Under the pieces are notes generated by a model. It made no database searches. It saw only the letters and a program-made list of their open reading frames with translations, and was not told where the DNA came from. A DNA stretch of 64,000 nucleotides from Utricularia gibba (Eukaryota > Plantae > Magnoliophyta), in NCBI GenBank assembly GCA_002189035.1, contig CM007991.1, forward strand, positions 992,001 through 1,056,000, read 5' to 3'. Positions 59,904 to 64,000 of the stretch are shown piece by piece. Position numbers and translations under genes: made by a program. Position 1 is the first letter of the stretch; every line of letters begins with the position of its first letter.

Positions 59904-62038
59904 ATGGAGGTGGCCAATGGCGCAAAGATTCACCTAACATCAGCTGCAGCTTTTGTAGAAGGAGGAAGTCAAGATGCCCTGAGTGATGCTTGCAGCATTT
60001 GTCTTGAGGCATTTTGTGATTCGAACCCATCAACGGTGAAATGAATGATAGTTGATGATCTTTGAAGTGTAAGATCTTTCCAGTTGATTGAACGTTTGAT
60101 GCTTTTATATTAGGTGACGAATTGCAAACATGAATTCCACCTTCAATGCATCCTTGAATGGTAAGATAATATGTCACTGAATCCGAGTTTTCCTTTACAC
60201 CATCAAGTGCCTTTGTTAGGATTTTCAGGTACATCCTAGTATTCATAAACGTGGGTGATGGATAGGAAGGACCAGTCTTTCACCAATTGTGATTAGGAAA
60301 CACATTGTTTTCCCACCTAAACTTTCTGAGTTAAATGCTAGAATCTTTTGGTAGCATGCTATATGCCAAGAATTCTCCGGCCCCACAGTGATTTGATTCT
60401 GTTTGTGAAACGTTTTTCGCACATTCTATCACTATGGGTGCAAAGCGAATGTGATGGTGTTTTTTTTTTACAGGTGCCAGAGAAGCTCCAACTGTCCAAT
60501 GTGTTGGCAAGCCATCAGTTTAAAAGATCCTTCCAGGTTAAGTTTTTGTAATGGACCAAGCCATTGCTCAGGATGTCTGCTGGCCCTGGTTTCTCTTCTG
60601 CTTTACATGTTTTATTTTTTCTTGTCCATAATGGTCCACCTAGGGTGCCACCTAATCCCATCCCATCCCCTCCTCGCGCTTCCTAAAGAACCCATTCCCC
60701 ATGTTGAGCTTGCTGTGCTTTTTTTTTTTTTTTAATTTTTGGAGGGCACCCAATGTTTCTGTTGTCCCTCCACTTATGGGCCAGTCCTCGTTCGCTACTC
60801 AAAGGATAATGTTCTCAATCAATGATTGGTATTCTCAGAGTTGGGTGCTCGATCTTATGTTTTCTCCTTCTGGAATTATTGCTGTTTCATCTTACACTCA
60901 AGTCATCCATCCCTTTAAGACATTTTTGTCCTTTTTTGAGTTGATAGAAAGTTTGGTCTTTGTTACAGTCAAGAGTTGCTGGAGACAGTTGAAAGGGAAA
61001 GAATCCGGCGGTCAAAGCCAGTAAGGAACAGAGCAGTATTCCATCACCCATCCCTCAGTGATTTCGAGTTACAGCATGTTCGTGTGGTTTTTACTATTCA
61101 TCTTTCCCGTTATAATACCATTCCTCGGTTCTCATGAAACCTTCCTCCTTGCCCAGCTGCCCGTTGGGGTTGATGCTGCTGAACTTGAGGACCGGATAAT
61201 GCAACATTTAGCAGCAGCTGCTGCAGTGGGGAGGACTAGGCGTCTTGCCCTTGCTAGGAGGGAGGGACCGAGGAGTAGTTCGTCTGTTCAGACTAATCCA
61301 CAGCTCATTATATCCTCAGAGAATCCTTATGAACCCTCCACTACGCATGTTTCAGATGCATTAAGTGAACCTGCTTCAACGGTGAACAACCACCCCCAAC
61401 CCATGGGACCCTCAGCATATGTTAACCAAACAATCCAACCTGTGTGCCCCAGTGACCCTGCCGGACCCTGGGGAGTTTCTGGCAGCAGTAGTAGGTAATG
61501 TCATTACATCCTGGAAAGCTGTATCGCCCATGTGATTCTCATTTCAGTTTTATTCCTGTTGCCTCTGATTCTCAGAAGACGTGCGAGTGAGCCATCCACA
61601 ATGAATTCAGACTCAGCAGGGTCCTCAGAATTACAATCCATTCCAGAGAAGTGGAAATCACGATTCAGCTCAATGTCCATGAAGTAGGAACCAACAGCTG
61701 ATAAAGTAATCGAACTTGCTCTTTGCTTAATGATCTCATCCTAACCTCGTGGTTTTCAATTGTGCTCAAGATACAAGGAGTCACTCTCAAGAAGTACCAG
61801 AGAATGGAAGGAGAAGCTATTTTCTCGAAGCCCAACCATGTCTGGAATCGGTTCTGATGTCCTGAGAGAGGTCAATGCTGGTGTTGCTTCTGTATCCCGG
61901 ATGATGGAACGCGTGGACACCAGGGGAAACCAAGCAGCACCCAGAAATCCAACAGCTCAACTCAGTAACAGCAACCAAGGGGGCAACATTGGACCAAACG
62001 TTGGTCGCCCTTCTTTTTTTGCAGCAACTGGGACCTGA
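59904..62038 (+). CDS. RHF2A: RING-H2 E3 ubiquitin ligase, RHF2A-like
   Basis: HLTSAAAFVEGG, CSICLE...CKHEFHLQCILEWCQRSSNCPMCWQ, ELEDRIMQHLAAAAA and REVNAGVASVSRMMER. Confidence 0.9.
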
Positions 62039-62531
62039 AACTCCAAGATGAATGCATTCCTTGGCATTTCAAGGTTTGGGGGTGCTTCCCTCTTTGTCTT
62101 GTGTTACTGGTATTTTTTTTTGTTGTCTGATGTTCACTGAGCAGCTCTAAGCATGCCAGAAAACTTGTTGGAATTGTGTATGTTCTCTTGTTTCCGCGTA
62201 TAATGCCAACAAAGTTCATCTACCAGACTACAACCCTGGACATGCTTCCTTTCTAAGTGATAGTATCCCGTCTTGCAAGATTGATCGATGCAACCTGGTG
62301 ACATTATTTAACAAGAAGGCATGTGTTATTACAAACCTAAATGCTGTGACTGTGACCGTCTTAACAAGTCATTATATCCAACCCCAGTATTAGCATAAAT
62401 AGGAAAAGCACATATATATATGTATATTCACATGATCACAACACAAGTTTGCTCTCACATGGAAGAAGCAAATAGCATTCGAAATTTTCCAAAGCATCCT
62501 TCAGCTCGGACAGTAACGATATCACCAGAAT

Positions 62532-64000
62532 TTACCCCGGAATTTGGCTTTCAATTCCATCAGGAGATCTCCTTTCAGGGTCTTCCTCCTGTGCTTCATC
62601 TTTGTTATCAGAAACCGCCAGCGCAGCAGACAACTCATTTTCATCTGATTTGGCTACAGGGGGTTTCTTCTCTTGCTCCTCTGCTTCATCAGGTTTCCCC
62701 TTTTTTGGATTAGCATTTCGAGTATGGGGTTTTGAAGGGGAGATTTTAGTCAACTTCTTTGCCGCAGCATTGTCTTTAGGATGAGGATTCAGCTTAGAAG
62801 CAGAAGAAAGATCGCCATTTTCCACGGGTTCACTGACCCTGGGAGACGTTCCCTTGCTCTTTCCAAGCTTGGGGGATTTTGGGCGTGTAGTTGGGATCTA
62901 AGCAGATGCAACGAACTGATCGTGAAAACAGAAGATTCCACAAGTTCGACAAGCAAGCATATTATCTGGAAGTTACCTTCTTCAATTCGACTTTCGGTGG
63001 AGGTTCCCTGTAAAAAGTTGGCATTGGAGTGGCCTTGAACGCCAAGCTCTTTCTCAGTTGCTTAATTTCCGCCTCTTGACTTTCCTGTAAAACGCAGAAT
63101 GTGAACATTGACAAGAAAACACCCACCAAATATAATAAGCTTGACGAACCTTGGATTTTGCCTGTAAGTTCGTTTTTTCAGCTTCCTTGGCCTGTATTTT
63201 CTCTTCTATCTTTGAGAAGAACTGATGCGCGATACAAGAACTTGGTATCAAAACCTTGCAAGATAGCCAAATGGCATGGTGGAACTCAGAACTTTACCTG
63301 TTTTCGCTTCTCAGCACGTTCTTCCAGCCTGAAGGAAAATGTTGAGACGTTGATCCTCTGCCTGCAGAGAACAAATACAGCTTTGACATCAATGATTCAA
63401 GGAATCATACAACAATGAACAGGATGATCATACGAGGAGCGGTCCTCTTCTTCTTCCTCCTTCACGCTCACCGCACCATTTCTAGGCAGGGCTGCTGGAG
63501 ATTCTCCTTGATTCTTAGCCTTGTGACCATTCACAAAACCCTTGATATTTGCTCCTAAATGACTTTTTGATTCAGCATTTCTACAATTTTTCAGGGATTC
63601 CGTGGCCTTTCCAGGGAAAACATCGGAGCTTCGCTTGATGGCTTCGGCATGAGTGTCCCGGGTAAAAGGAAAGGAGAGGCTCTTCGACATGTCTGCCTTC
63701 TTACGGCGGTTCAATGTAACTGACGCCTTGGTATCAGATCGATTCTTCACAGATTTCCCATTGGTTTTACCATCGTTTGATGATTTACTCCAGGATAACG
63801 CCGCCGGCGAATCCACGTCCCTCGCGGTGGAATCAACGGCGGTCACGTCCTTGATCCCATCGTCAGAAACTTGAGTTTCAACGGTGGAGTGCTCGAAACT
63901 GTTACTGACATTCTCCTTGTTCACATCCACAGATGAACCTTCAGAGTTGGAATTCTCAAAGACAACACGCTTCTCATCTTCAACTGAAACCCCATTTTCA
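62532..64000 (-). CDS. WDL: WVD2/WDL TPX2-domain microtubule-associated protein (5' end beyond the window)
   Basis: [24 protein letters not shown] (KLEEK variant), [17 protein letters not shown] and [11 protein letters not shown]; ends ...GIESQIPG* at 62532. Confidence 0.88.

Overview
Plant (eudicot) nuclear DNA from a compact, gene-dense genome: about 20 loci in 64 kb, mostly 60-200 bp introns, and no prokaryotic features or CRISPR. In order: RPL24 pseudogene (+), CYP71-clan P450 (+), Pumilio APUM5/6-like (-), P1B-2 Zn/Cd ATPase HMA2/4-like (+), MIR169 hairpin (+), ACA8/10-like Ca2+-ATPase (-), OFP6-like (-), an orphan 185-aa ORF (-), HVA22-like (+), TatD DNase (-), NHL/LEA2 (+), 2-Cys peroxiredoxin (-), D-lactate dehydrogenase (-), NYN-LOTUS nuclease (-), intact RPL24 (-), MyoB/DUF593 (+), DONSON (-), MRS2/MGT (+), RHF2A-like RING-H2 (+) and a 5'-truncated WVD2/WDL gene (-). 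The most unusual observations are: (1) an HMA C-terminal tail built from five tandem 165-bp (55-aa) Cys/His-rich units, 16 CC pairs in total; (2) an intact MRS2 whose hallmark GMN motif reads GAN and which has three GC-AG introns; (3) an NYN nuclease with two LOTUS domains plus a decayed third LOTUS copy behind its stop codon; (4) an orphan TM plus bulb-lectin-like ORF overlapping the HVA22 leader head-to-head. Two frameshifts (PUM, HMA) are both C5->C4 homopolymer losses and are probably assembly errors. All gene models and family calls were made by eye, without database searches.
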